Positions 25,634-40,976 of a stretch of 64,000 bases of DNA are shown piece after piece. The translations under genes were made by a program, and so were the position numbers. Below the pieces are notes generated by a model. The model had not been told where the DNA came from. It did no database searches and saw nothing but the letters and a program-made list of their open reading frames with translations. The DNA comes from Octopus vulgaris (Eukaryota): contig OX597821.1 in assembly GCA_951406725.2 (NCBI GenBank), positions 66,526,001 to 66,590,000 of the forward strand. Direction: 5' to 3'. Each line of letters opens with the position of its first letter. The first letter of the stretch is position 1.

Positions 25634-26984
25634 CGGCGAGCTGACAGAATCGTTAGCACAACTTAATTCCTTTGCCTGTCCTTCTTTGTCCCCTCTATGT
25701 GAAGCCCCCTGTGGCTAATAAGGAAATATATATATATACATAGTGTTTGCGTATGTATGTGCGTTGTTAATATGCAAAAAACACTGTTCTACTTCAAATT
25801 AGAGCTCATTTCATTTTGAAATTCCTTGCTTTGTTGAAATATAATGTTATGCGTGGATTTGAATGGTTATCTGCTCCGGCGTCATAGAGATGGCTTCTAT
25901 GGTTGGATTGCTATTTGCATTGCTTAGCATGCAAGTCTGGATTCTTGTAGTCTCAAGTCAACTGTGTGTGCCGCTGCCTTCGCCGAGAAGATGTCGTGTA
26001 TCTGATCGCTGTATGTAATCCCTGGAAGCCACCCATGCGTGCTGGATCTTGGCAAGTATTTCCTGCTTTGGTTTACGTTTTAAGGATCGTTTCCACGCTG
26101 TCGAACGAGCAGTTATTTAATGCTTCATGTGCGGTTGCGTTTGTTACATTTATTGCCTTCCTCTTTTCTTCCAAACCTCGATCTCCAGGGAGATGTTTCA
26201 ACAGAGAAGATTAGGATCAGTTTACTTTCCAGCGACAATATTTCTACAACTGTCAATCTTTGCAAGGTATTTCAAAGAAGGTATATGGTCTTTTGGACAC
26301 GTGTCAACCATTTATTATTCACATTTCTCTAACGAATGTAATGCTTGTTTATTCATACTGTTTTGAATCTATAAATTATCTTGAAACTTTAGGATTTCAA
26401 TGATGTGATAGTTTATTTTTAGAATTATATGGTATGGTAGTACTAGAGACATGGTCTGGTCAGTTTGAACATAAAACCGTTTTAATACTATAGAGTTCAA
26501 CTCGAAGTTTTGTGCATAGTTGTAGCACCATGGTTTTCTGAATAAAAAAACAAATTATATATGACATAAAAAATTATATGTAAGTATTGGCTGAAGCTGG
26601 TTTACTCAAATGTACTCAAACAATTTTGTAATATTCTTAGATAACAGAATCCATATATTTTTCTGTACTTTTAGACATGGAATTGTATAGTAAAAGTTCT
26701 AATATGAATAAAATGATATTTTTCACAAACTGAAATGAAGCACTTCTGTAACGTTTATTATGTATAAGAATAACTTCTTTGAATATTCATTTTTCCTTAA
26801 AATTGTCATTTTCTGAAACGCCACGCGCACATATATATATACATAGATGCATTTACGCAAGTATATATGTATGTACATGTTTGTAAGTTTGCAATCAAGA
26901 GGGACGTGCGTGTAGTAAATACGCTGCATTTGATTTAAATTAAATATATAAACCATATGATACATGAATATTAATGCAATTTAA

Positions 26985-27160
26985 AGGTGACGTGATAGCA
27001 GAATCGACAGTATAACAAGTAAAACAGTACCATTTTGTCCGTCTTTATGCTCTGAGTTCAAATTTTGCTGAAGTCGTCATTTTCTTTCATTCCTTCAAGG
27101 TCGATAAAATAAGTACTAATTGAACACTAGGGTCGATGTAATGGAGTAGCCGCCCCGCCT
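26985..27160 (+). mobile_element. SINE family B (diverged)
   Basis: ctctgagttcaaatt..tttcattccttcaaggtcgataaaataagtac. Confidence 0.75.
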
Positions 27161-27265
27161 CGACCAATCTGCGGGCCAATATTAATGCAATTTATTTCAT
27201 ATTCACATTTTTTATTTCTTTGGCTGAGCCTCACTTGATTATTTCTTATCCATAACTTATACCGT

Positions 27266-27483
27266 TACAGTAATCTCTCGTCATTTTACGGCTCACCTAT
27301 CGCGGTTTATTACTTAAGCTTGAGTCGAATCCTTCGTGGTGTTGTTTTGCATTTATAATAAAATAAATAAATATAAATTATAAAAATAATAAGAAAAATA
27401 TACAGTACAATGAATGTTTGTCCTTCGCGGGATGGTGTTGGTGGTTGGAACGTAATACCCACGATAGTCGAGTGATTACTGTA
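27266..27483. mobile_element. pogo/Tigger-like MITE
   Basis: TA|CAGTAATCTCTCG ... CGAGTGATTACTG|TA. Confidence 0.8.
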
Positions 27484-27522
27484 TAATATACATTCTGCGG
27501 TTAGAATCACTATAGCAGAATG

Positions 27523-28048
27523 CACCGTAAATTCTCGAGTATAGTCCGCTCTTGAGTATAATACGCAGGGGATTTTTTGGGGGTTTTACCTCTGAAAAAC
27601 CTAAACGTTTTGTATAATACGCACCCCTTCTCTAACTTGAATCGTGCGTTATTAAGCCAGCAGCACCTGGTCGAACAAACACTTCCGCACAAGCGTAATA
27701 CAATAATGGTGATGTTCTTAACTGTTAAATGGGAGTATAAATATTTTTGCAAATTGTTTTTGTTACATGTTATTCTGTGTTCGGAATACTTTTATTTTAA
27801 TAAATGTTGCTTACTGTAAGTTATGGATGATTCTTTTAAGACTTCATTGCTTTCAGGCTTAGCTTAAGGTATTTTCGCATCCGGCATCACAAAATGCGTC
27901 TGAATAAACATTGCCGGATAGCAAATAGAGACTTGGACATTGCTTAGAAAATAATTTTCATTTTTAACCTCGTATATAGTACGCACTAGGGATTTTGACA
28001 TTTAAAGTTTGGGGAAAAAATGAGGATTATACTCGAAGATTTATAGTA
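27523..28048. mobile_element. pogo-like MITE
   Basis: TIRs ccgtaaattctcgagtatagtcc / ggattatactcgaagatttatagta; subterminal tataatacgca repeats. Confidence 0.7.
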
Positions 28049-28479
28049 TATTATTGTAAGTTCAATTTACTTAAGTTATTAGAAAGCAATTACTTTAAAA
28101 GACTTTTATATTTTGCTAGTCATATTGTGTTCACAGTGTCACAAACGCTGAAATAAATGTCAACAATGTTCCGCAGCAAAACCCTTCTTTTCACTTTGCT
28201 CGAGCGGGTGCAAAAGTGACAGAACCCTCAATAGAAATGGCTTACGATACATCTTCCGGGTCTCTACATCCCGAGTTCAAATCCTACCTGCCTGGGAAAG
28301 GCAACAGGAAACTGCACCAGTATTCATTCTAAGTCAAGTTACGGTAGCCCAAGTTCCAGTGATCTCCTAGGTTGTGGAGGGTGTGCTGGAGAAGGTTCAC
28401 ATGCATACGAGCTGCCATACGGCAGCCCATTAATGGCCGCACTCCAATGATTGAGACAAGTAAAACAATAAAAATTATA

Positions 28480-28850
28480 TATTCTATTATTTGTTTCAGT
28501 CATTTCACTGCAGTCATGCTGGAGCATCACCTATGTCGAACAAATGGACCCCAGAACTTATTCTTTTGTAAGCCTAGTACTTATTCTGTCAATCTCTTTT
28601 GCAGAATCGCTAAGTTACGGGGACATAATAAAACCAACGTCGGTTGTCTAGCGATGGCGAAGGGACAAACACTAACACACACACACATAAATATATATAT
28701 ATATATATATATGTGTGTATTTATAGAGAGAGTTACACGACGCGCTTCTTTCAGTTTCCGTATACAAAATCCGCTCACAAGGCTTTGGTCGATCCGAGGA
28801 TAGTAGAAAACTTTGGCCGAGGTGCCATGCAGTGGCACTGGACTCATACA
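28480..28850 (-). mobile_element. SINE family A
   Basis: Reverse complement of family A. Confidence 0.8.
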
Positions 28851-28896
28851 TAGATACATAGATACATACAGACAGACAGTCACACACACACGCGCG

Positions 28897-28952
<56 letters not shown>

Positions 28953-29488
28953 CATATCCCAAAATGTGCATAGTTATGTATATAAACATATGTAAATACA
29001 TGCATACCCACACACATGCATACAGTTTTATAACTGGCTGTTGTTAAGAACATACCAAAACCTTAACGTAGATTATAAAGGAATTATAGACGATTAAGTC
29101 AGCTTTACTATTTAGGCATATTCCATACATTCTGTATTAATACCATGTTATGTCTGAATTTGTTGAGCATTGCCCCACGATCTGTGTGATAGGTAGCAGC
29201 GATGCAATGAGAAGCATTTCATTGAATCTATCTTCCCTTAGAAATTTGTTGTCAAGTATTAGAAATCAATTATTTATAAAGAATTTATGCCTCCACTTAT
29301 GAATGCTTTTGTCCCTTATCTGTGGAAAGTCGCACAACTTACGTTGGTTTTCGCACACACATACATACATACACACACATGCACACACATATATATATGT
29401 ACATACATATATATATACATATATATATATATACATATATACATAAATATATATACACACAAACATATATATATAAATCTATTTATAA

Positions 29489-29530
<42 letters not shown>

Positions 29531-31099
29531 TCATATGCTGTGCATTTAAAATGTATAGTACCAGTGTTGCAGTGTTGTAGAAGTGTAGAATGCTTAAAGG
29601 CTATAGTTATTCATGAAGATAAGCGAGTTAGCAGAGAATAAATTTGCTTCTCTTACTTGAAAGAATTATTTGCAACTTTTCATGTTTCAAGTTGTGCCAG
29701 ATATCAAACTATTATTATTAAAATTAGATAAGAGCAAAGACAATACAGCTATTAGAAAACATGGCATGAGTCTATATTTCCTTAATTTGGCATTGGTATC
29801 TCTAAAAATCTATCCTACCATCTCCTCCGCCCCCTCTCCAAAAAAAACAAAAACGAAAAGAAAAAACGAAATAAAGAGCAGAACTTAATGACAGATTTTA
29901 GAAGAAACGAAACAATGATATGTATGACAAAAATAAGTAAAACTACACAATATATATATATATATATAAACATATACCATATATTTACATATATATATAT
30001 ATATATAAAACATATACCATATACATACATATATATATATACATATATTGATATATATCATATATATATATATATACATACACACACACACATATATATA
30101 TATACATATGTATATACATATACATATATATATACATATACATATATATATACATATACACATACACATATATATATATGTATACAAATTATATATAGAT
30201 ATATACACTCACATATGTATACATATATACTTGTATATATACATTATATATTTACATACATATGTGTATATGTATATATATGTAAAACACCCGATTGATC
30301 TTTTAATAAATAACGTTTATTTCTATTTCATATTATCGTGATTTTCTTACGAAATTTTGGTATCAAGTAAGATGATACATCAAAAGGAGATAAATTTCGT
30401 GTTCATAAGAATGCTCGCACAGATAAATAGACATTCGTTTAACAATAACGCTATCAAATTTATACAGAACACAGAAAAACTTATGTAATATATACGAAAG
30501 GTTATAATAAAAACCACTGTGTATCTTTATAATCTGAAACGATCCGGATATTGAAATCTGGAAAAGGCAAAATCGAAATCTGTTATTTTTGGAAATTGCT
30601 AGAACCTTTGTTACAAATAGAAAGTCAAAGATCGAGGCAAAAAGCGAACGCATATGGACAGTTAAGGCGGAAATTGCATCTTTTGCTTCGTGCCTGCCAT
30701 ATTAGATATACTTAGATGCTTGGAGATAGGAGATGCTCAAATCCTTACTTGTGTTGAAGTGTATTACGAAATATCACAAAGCAATTGGCTAATAAAATTT
30801 TTATCAATATGTTCAATGAGTGAAATCGTAAACGTACGGCGTTCGTAAATGCAGTAACGTGATAGAAGTGTATCATTAGCGAAAGAAAATTATGCAGTAA
30901 AGTTTAAATACAAAAGAAAATGTGATCTGATTTTAAAGAAAAATCTCCCCAAATCGAAAATTACTCGCCCGAAAGAAAGGGAAAGCAAGAAAGAATACGA
31001 ATGTTTTTCTGTGATCCCACTGATGATAGCTCGTAACTTGAACCTCCGAAGTCACTTTTAAAACTCTTTCGTTAAAAGGTTAACAGATTTGTACACACA

Positions 31100-31161
<62 letters not shown>

Positions 31162-31186
31162 CATATACATACATACATATATATAT

Positions 31187-32583
<1,397 letters not shown>

Positions 32584-32604
32584 TGAATGATGTCAGTGTA
32601 TGTA

Positions 32605-32663
<59 letters not shown>

Positions 32664-32669
32664 TTCAGT

Positions 32670-33050
32670 CATGGCTGAGGATTTAAGACGTTCACTTCGG
32701 AATCATTTGGTATCCAGTTCGGTCTCACTGTGCAGTACTTTGGGCAAGTATCCTCTACCATAGCCGACCAATTTGGTAGACGGAAACTGTAAGAAATCCC
32801 TGCGGATATGTACACATATATGTTGCGTGAGTGTATGTAAGTGTATTTTTGTTTTGCATTTCAAGTTACATGTCAACCAACGTTGTTTCTTTGCGTCACC
32901 AGAAATTAGCGCCTTGCCAAAAGAACCGATAGAATAAGTAGTAGGTTTTAAAAAATTATCTACTGCAGTCGATCTTATTGACGAAAAACCTTGAAGTGGA
33001 CATCAGGCATGGCCACAGTCTAGTGAACGATAGAAACAGAAATAAAAAGT
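32670..33050 (+). mobile_element. SINE family A (diverged)
   Basis: ttgggcaagtatcctctac..tttggtagacggaaactg..accgatagaataagta..gcatggccacagtc. Confidence 0.75.
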
Positions 33051-33161
33051 ACATATGTAAAATATATATATATATTATATACATATACATATACATACAT
33101 GTATATATATATTATAATATATATATTATACATACATGTATATATATAATATAATATACAT

Positions 33162-33218
<57 letters not shown>

Positions 33219-33565
33219 CCGTATATATATATGCTCATCAATTTTTTCCTCTCCGTTTTTCATTTTTATGTTTATTATTCCCATCTCATCCCTTTCTGTC
33301 GAACATTTATATTCTTCCTGAGCTTCATACTAATACGCTCACTTGTTGTTCTCTCACCTGTCTTCGTTTGCCTGTTTCAGTAAATTTGAACTATACATAC
33401 ACACACACACACATACACACTCACTCACACATATACATATATATGTATATATATGTAATATGTATGCATGCATGTATGTATGTATGTATGTATGTATGTA
33501 TGTATGTATGTATGTATGTATGTATGTATGTATGTATGTATGTATCTATCTATCTCTCTCTCTCT

Positions 33566-33608
<43 letters not shown>

Positions 33609-33610
33609 CT

Positions 33611-33939
33611 GAGACCCCCTTCGGTCATGACTAGCGTCACCTAGAATGTTACCCTCCCAGGCACAAGTCCGGGCAAGTTTGTTTATGGAAGACAAGCAGT
33701 CGCCCATGCATACCAGCCTTCCCTATCCACGACACTAGTGTTATCCAAAGGAAGGGCAAAGGGGCCGATACCGCTTGGCACCTGTGACGTTACAACTCAT
33801 TTCTGCAGCTGAGTGAACTGAAGCAATGTGAAGTAAAGTGTCTTGCTCCAGAACACAACACGCAGCTCGGTCCGTGACTCGAAGTCACAACCTCACGATC
33901 GTAAGCTCGACGCTCCAACCACTGAGCTATGCGCCTTCA

Positions 33940-33940
<1 letters not shown>
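33611..33940 (-). mobile_element. tRNA-derived CORE-like SINE (family D)
   Basis: Minus: gtgaaggcgcatagctcagtggttggagcg..cttcgagtc; CORE-like ttgtgttctggagcaagacactttacttcac..ttcactcagctg. Confidence 0.85.
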
Positions 33941-34019
<79 letters not shown>

Positions 34020-34794
34020 ATTTGTTCTCTTATGTATGTAAACATTCCACCATTGTACGACTTCTACACACACTTTCTCAATGCTTCACTGTCTCTGTCT
34101 TTCTCTTTTCTTGCCTCTGATTCTTTGGTCTCCTCTTCCCCCACTCTCTCACATTTCTCTGTCTTTCTCACTTTGCACCACTGATTCTTTTGCCAAGCCA
34201 ATCCTTGGCGCGCCCTGTTTCTTCTCCCCACTTTAATTCCTTCTTTCTCTCCCCCCCCCCCTTGGTGCCTTTGTCCCTCTTTTTCTCTCTTTCTTTAATT
34301 CCTTTGCCCCCTGGTTTTCTCTCTCTTCTTCTCTCCTCTCACGTGACCGCTTGTTAACTAGCCTTTCGGCCTTTGACCGCCGCCACGACAACACCGTTTT
34401 CTTCGTCTGCCGCAAAGGTATTTATTTCAAAATACGCTAGCTAAGATAAGTTAAACTGTCTAAAGTCGTAAGACACCCGCTGTTTTTGTCCTGTTATTAC
34501 TATTCTTGTTTTTTATTTTTGTTTTTTGTATTTATATTCGTGTGGCATCGTCCGTTTTTCTGTCCTTGTTTCGTATACATTCGATCCTTTTTCCAAGAAA
34601 TCTAATGCTCGCAGCTTAGTTTTTCCTTGGGGCTGGCCGGATCGGAGCGATCTCAGGATTAATCAGCCGAAATTGCTAGGATGATCCGGTTCCTGACTGA
34701 AGATTAGAGGCTTCGAATGACCCGTCCGTTTTTTGTGTCGTCTCTTTGCGTGTTTTGCGTTCTTGTCCCATTTTGTATTTTTATATATAATTTT

Positions 34795-34844
<50 letters not shown>

Positions 34845-35139
34845 TATGTATATATATGCCCATACATACATACACAGACACATATATATATATATATATA
34901 TATGTTTGTGTGTGTGTGTATACACACACTCACACACACATACAATACCTGTGCGTATTGTGATAGCTGTGAGTTGGTGAACTGCATCATTTCCCCGTTT
35001 CGCTTAATGATAGTCAATCAACTGCATGACACATTTAGCTATTCGGAGATAATTCTGTTTATGGACTCGCAATTATATATTGCTGTGTATCTGTTTACAT
35101 TCATGTGTATAAAGGACTCCATCACCATATATATAAATG

Positions 35140-35185
<46 letters not shown>

Positions 35186-35483
35186 CATGCATTAGTGGGA
35201 TGCTGTGTGATCAGGTGTCATATATCGCGGATGTTGGCTAGAGGTACATTGTTTTGATGCACTGAATAATGCGTCATAGTAAACTATTGGGTTACAGATG
35301 TTATAGTATACTTATGTTGAGTACGGGTAGATTGAAGAGGTATGTTCAAGAGGAGCTGTTGTGTAGTCCATTATTTCTGCTGCCTTGCTCCTCGTTCTGC
35401 TATGAATTAAAATAGTGTCACCTTTTAATATGAGAAGGTATCAACAAAGTGGGGTATAATCTTTTACGTCTGCCATGTTCTTA

Positions 35484-36050
35484 TTTCTTAATTTTCCACA
35501 AGGGGCTAAACATAGAGGGGACAAACAAAGGTATTAAGTCGATTATATCGACCCCGGTACGTAACTGGCACTTAATTTATCAACCCCGAAAGGATGAAAT
35601 GTAAAGTCGACCTCGGCAGAATTTGAACTCAGAACGTAACGGCAGAAGAAATACCTATTTCTCTATTGCCCACAAGGGGCTAAACATAGAGGGGACAAAC
35701 AAGGACAGACAAACAGATTAAGTCGATTACACCGAACCCAGTGCATTACTGGTACTTATTTAATCGACCCCGAAAGGATGAAAGGCAAAGTCGACCTCGG
35801 CGGAATTTGAACTCAGAAAGTAACTGCAGACGAATTACCTGTTTCTTTATTACCCACAAGGGGCTAAACATAGAGGGGACAAACAAGGACAGACAAACGG
35901 ATTAAGTCGATCACATCGACCCCAATGCATACGACCCCGGAAGAATGAAAGGCAAAGTCGACCTCGGCGGAATTTGAACTCAGAACGTAACGGCAAGCGA
36001 AATACCACTAAGCATTTCGCCCGGCTAAAGTTTCTGTCAGCTCGCTGCCT
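35484..36050 (-). mobile_element. SINE family B head-to-tail trimer
   Basis: Three ~185-bp bodies with a single head at ~36000-36050. Confidence 0.92.
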
Positions 36051-36399
36051 TATATTTACTTCAGCCATGTTCTGAGACCACATATTTTTTCTTCATTGGA
36101 TTCTCTGTTTATTGTACGTGGTAGTCGAAGGCAATGTGCAGGATCGACAAATTTCCACAAATATCCACGGATATGCTTGTGTAGGGCAGAAGTGGTTAAA
36201 CGGAATAAATTGCGTTGTTATTGTAAGAATTTATGGTAGATATAATTGAAATTGAGGATGCTAGAATAGGAAATAGCAACTCATGATTTACAACCGTATA
36301 TCCTTGTATGTTAATAACCTTGAAGTTAGGAAACTCAAGTAGGTTTCTTGTATCAACATTTTCGATATTATGGGGGGGGGGGGGTACCTGTCACTAAAT

Positions 36400-36645
36400 G
36401 GAATTAAAGAGAATTATGAGATGACGGATCTGGATACTGTAATAACTGGCGGTAAGTTTTCACTGGGAAATATATTCCTCTGGACATTTGCGTTTGCCTG
36501 TGGCACTAGAAAACGGAAAATTTCTTCATGGAGTTTAGTTACCCTAAAACCTGTGGGTTGGTTTAGATCATTTGACCAGAGGAAACCCCTCCAGAGGCGC
36601 CCGATATTCGTATACATCAGTTCGGTTGGTGTATTCACCCCGTAA
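36400..36645 (-). pseudogene. Tc1/mariner transposase C-terminal remnant
   Basis: W..WSNDLNQPTGFRVTKLHEEIF resembles WPPxSPDLNPxDFxxWxxLKxxVY. Confidence 0.4.
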
Positions 36646-37114
36646 AAAGGTTTTGTTTGTTTTATAGCGTCACTAGCAGTTTAGGGTTTGTTATTTTATA
36701 GGACTATGATTTACGTCATGGCTGCTTATTCTGCAGATGATGGAACTATGTCTCCGTTACGATGGTTCTTTGTGTAAGACGAGACGACATTTAGAGATTT
36801 CAACGCTACCATGAAAACAAAATATTTATACACAAATGTGTGGCAGCGTACTTCAAATGAGATTGCGAGACGTTGTTTTATACAATAGGAAGTTGCGGGT
36901 TCTGTAAGAATAACATAAAGTGAACATTCGCATTCGTATACTAACATACACACATACAATCATGCACACAAACACACACACAAACCAATACATACTTATA
37001 AATATATGTTTGTGTTTACATGCTTAAGTGTGCATGAATGCATATGTACAAATATGTGGGTGTTCGTGTTTGTTACGTTATATTTATGTTACGAAATACA
37101 TATTCTTTTCTATT

Positions 37115-37262
37115 TTAGGCATAAGACCCGAAATTTTTGGGGAGGGAGACAGTCAATTAGATCGACCCCAGTACGCAACTGTACTTAATTCATCGACTCC
37201 GTAAGGTTGAAAGGTAAAGTCGACCTCGGCATAATTTGAACTCAGAACGTAAAGACAGACGA
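37115..37262 (-). mobile_element. SINE family B
   Basis: gatcgaccccagtacg..aaagtcgacctcggc..tttgaactcagaacg. Confidence 0.85.
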
Positions 37263-37750
37263 GCTACAAAACGAAAACCATATAAAATAAACAGTTTATT
37301 TCAAGCACAGATTAACAGGTAATATTTTAACAGTTTCCATCCTTATAACTGGATTATTTATATTTCAAAATCTCTATATCTTTAACAATGTGAATGAAAT
37401 ACGTTAGATGATACGGTGGAGGATAACAATGAAAGTGAAGATAATTTGCATCCGTAGTTGCTTTGTTGCAAAGCGAATTTCGCCTTTCAATTTTGTCTCT
37501 ATATAACGTATTCAAATAGGTTTATTTATGTATTTAAATTATCTTCCTATAGAAATACCGTAATATTCATTTTCCTTAAGAACTTTTTAAGAATATATTG
37601 AACTGTTTATGAATTTGTAGGTTGAAAATATTAACCCTCCCTACTTCATTGCGTACCACTCAATAAGAATAAACCTATAATCGTATCTACGCTTGCACAG
37701 CAATCGAGGAAATGTTTGAGGAATACAGTTTTATATTTAAGAGATGAGGA

Positions 37751-38087
37751 ATTATGTACATTATTTACATTCGACGGATATTTGTCCTCATCTTGTTTGT
37801 TGTTAACACAACGTTTCGGCTGATATACCCTCCAGTTTTCTTCAGGTTTCTTGGGGAAATTTCGAACCTTGGTTCTCATTCCTAAGGTATTTTTCGATAT
37901 AATAATGATAATAATAATAATTATTATTATAACATCGAAAAATAGCTAAGGAATCAGAACCCAGGTTCGAAATTTCCCAAAGGCTCCTGAAGAAGGCGGG
38001 CGGATATATCAGCCGAAACGTTGTGTTAACAACAAACAAGATGAGGACTAATATACGTCGAATGTAAATGCAAATAATGTAAATAAT
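37751..38087. mobile_element. Inverted pair of ~150-bp elements around (AAT)n/(ATT)n, each with a hammerhead-like motif
   Basis: Arms 37751-37897 and 37934-38087; plus motif CUGAAGA-A-GGCGG..CAGCC-GAAACGUU-GUGU (37987-38026); minus motif 37806-37845. Confidence 0.75.
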
Positions 38088-38516
38088 GTTTGAAGAAATT
38101 AACAAATTTTGATGCAGATTGTGATAAAATTGCTCGCCACGCGGAAACGTGATTGCAGGTGTTTTGAACAATGTCTTGACTTTTCTACTTGTTTCAATCA
38201 TTGGGCTGCGACTATACGGAAGCACTGGCTTGAAGGGTTTTGAGTCGAACAAACCAATCCCAGTATTTAAAAAAAATTGTCTAGATCTTCCACGTATGCT
38301 CACGATGTTTTCTTTTCTTTTTTTTTCTTTTTTTTTTTTTTGGCTGATCCACTAAATTACAGAGAGGAATTCTAGAAGCCTTAAGGTAGCAGACACACGT
38401 TAGGGGTCTGCAAAACTTGAAGTAGCATGGAACTGAATTAAACTGTTTTAAATAATACATATAACTCCTACTAAACGTGTTGAGCGCCCTTTTTTATCGT
38501 TTGTCCACTCACTCGC

Positions 38517-38617
<101 letters not shown>

Positions 38618-38803
38618 GGAATGAATCCAAAATTACAGGGAAAAATCAGATTTAGGGTTAAATCCAATTTTATAGTAAAATATTATATAATATAATTCGA
38701 GACAAAACCACTATTTTAAAACCAAACAAGGAAAGACTTAATCAATACATAAAATTTTAATATAAATTAAATAAAATTTGATACTGATTAGAAGATCGAA
38801 AAT

Positions 38804-38846
38804 CCACCTGAAGATTGTCGGAGCAGACATGAAACATTTGTAGTGG
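38804..38846 (+). ncRNA. Type-I hammerhead-like motif in the loop of an ~90-bp inverted repeat (element 38615-38940)
   Basis: CCAC-CUGAAGA-U-UGUC-GGAGCA-GACA-U-GAAAC-AUUU-GUA-GUGG: stems I and II perfect; arms 38686-38775 / 38850-38940. Confidence 0.65.
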
Positions 38847-38930
38847 CGGTTTATTTAATTTATATTAAAATTTTATGTATTGATTAAGTCTTTCCTTGTT
38901 TGGTTTTAAAATAGTGGTTTTGTCTCGAAT

Positions 38931-38962
<32 letters not shown>

Positions 38963-38990
38963 CTACCTACCTAGTTATCTATCTGTCTGA

Positions 38991-39052
<62 letters not shown>

Positions 39053-39115
39053 GTCTGTCTGAATGTCTGTCTCTGTCTGTCTGTCTCTCTCTCTGTCTGT
39101 CTCTCTATCTGTCTG

Positions 39116-39189
<74 letters not shown>

Positions 39190-40059
39190 GGATTGTTTGT
39201 CTGTGCGTGTACACGTGTGTGGATGCATACGTTCATATAATAATTTTTTGTGTCCCTCTTTCACCGATGTTGGATTACTTACGCCCTCGTAACATAAGAC
39301 TTCGACAAAAAAACAACCCCCCCCCCAGAAAAGATAGCAATGATTAAGCACCTGAGCCGAGGTCGATGTAATCAACTTACTGATACTGCAGTAAGACTGC
39401 AGTCCAATCACTGCAAAAGAAGCGGGGGGGGGGAGAAAAAAAAAAGCATAATGAAAAAAGGAAAACATTAAAAAGCGGAAGGAGTAAAAGAGATTTTTTG
39501 AGAAAATCCCTCCTACACACTCGTCTACCGACGGCAAGCAGTCCAGCGGAGTTATTCCCTTTATTTAAGCAATGGGCAATTACTCAAATGACATGTAACT
39601 GAAGAACAACCGTTACGGTTTCGATGTTCGACGGTTATTATTTTCAAGCCGCTTATATCAACGAAGTTGTTGTGAATAGTTTTGCTATCAAAATCTACAT
39701 TCATTTCTTTACTTCAAGACTTCAATATTCAATCAACCGTTCTTAAATACCACTAAATACGTATGTTCAATCAGGTAGAAAATATAAATGGAATATCGCA
39801 TTGCAAAGAACACAATTATTTCAAAAATATAATTACCTCATAGAGGTATATGATTACTTCATGGATTACGTTTTAACACAAGCACGCACGTACGTATACA
39901 TACGACACGCTGACACGCACACAAACATACATACAACTATGCAGACATTTACAGAAACGTATGTACGTGGAGATATATGCCATAGTAGGAAATCAAAAAA
40001 GAGGAAAGTATACGAGTGAGTGTATAAGTGTGTGAATACACACACACACACATATGTAT

Positions 40060-40275
40060 GGCGGTGAGCTGGTAAAATCGCTTGAACAATGGACAAAATG
40101 CTCAGCGGCATTTCTTCCGTCTTTTCGTTCTGAGTTTAAAATTTCGTTAAGGTCGACTTTACTTTTCTTCCTTCGGGGTCGATAAAATGACTGCCTTGTT
40201 GAGCGCCGTGATCGATGTAATAGACGTGGCCCTTTCATCAAAACTGCTAGCCTTGTGCCAAAATTTGAAACCAAT
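40060..40275 (+). mobile_element. SINE family B
   Basis: ggcggtgagctggtaaaatcg..gttctgagtttaaa..ggggtcgataaaat. Confidence 0.8.
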
Positions 40276-40336
40276 GTATGTATGTATATGTGTGTGTGGT
40301 TGTAGCTAGGTTGACAAGTAGGTATAGGTATATGTT

Positions 40337-40371
<35 letters not shown>

Positions 40372-40386
40372 TTCTCTCTCTTCATC

Positions 40387-40454
<68 letters not shown>

Positions 40455-40637
40455 GAGAGAGAGAGAAAGAGAGAAAGAGAGAGAGAGAGGGAGAGAGAAT
40501 CGGTTAACAGAATTTATACATGAAGTACAACTAGCCTGCAAACATAATAACGCGCTTATTCATGTGAATTGAAAACTTGACATATAAACATGAATATAAA
40601 TCATGTATGTACATATACTCACATACACACAGATATT

Positions 40638-40686
<49 letters not shown>

Positions 40687-40715
40687 AAAGAAGCAACAAG
40701 AATATCCAGAGGTAA

Positions 40716-40807
40716 TGCAGTACGATCGTTTCATGCGACTCCATTTAATTGGACTATGCAATCATTTAATTACATCAATTTAAAATGTAGAGCAATCTTC
40801 AGCTGCA
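40716..40807 (-). ncRNA. Type-I hammerhead-like motif in (TA)n-flanked element 40683-40910
   Basis: Minus: UGCAG-CUGAAGA-U-UGC..(long loop)..GCA-U-GAAACGAUCGUA-CUGCA; 5-bp perfect stem I, perfect palindrome ACGAUCGU, GUA site. Confidence 0.7.
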
Positions 40808-40907
40808 CAAAGACATAGAATTTAATTTTGAATTAGAAGGACACATTTTAATCACCTTATTTTGAAATTCTGGTGCCTCAACTTAAGTACCATAGTAATC
40901 TGAATCT

Positions 40908-40976
<69 letters not shown>

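Noticed and set aside
30360-30900. Possible R4-like LINE remnant (HKNAxxD.., GQ)
   Set aside because: Too degenerate to support by eye.
33870-33940. tRNA gene (also 16030-16096, 56355-56430)
   Set aside because: tRNA-like SINE heads: boxes A/B are present but there is no complete cloverleaf and they run into SINE bodies.
34690-34730. CUGAAGA..CGAAU motif
   Set aside because: Stem II and the GAAA core are not satisfied.
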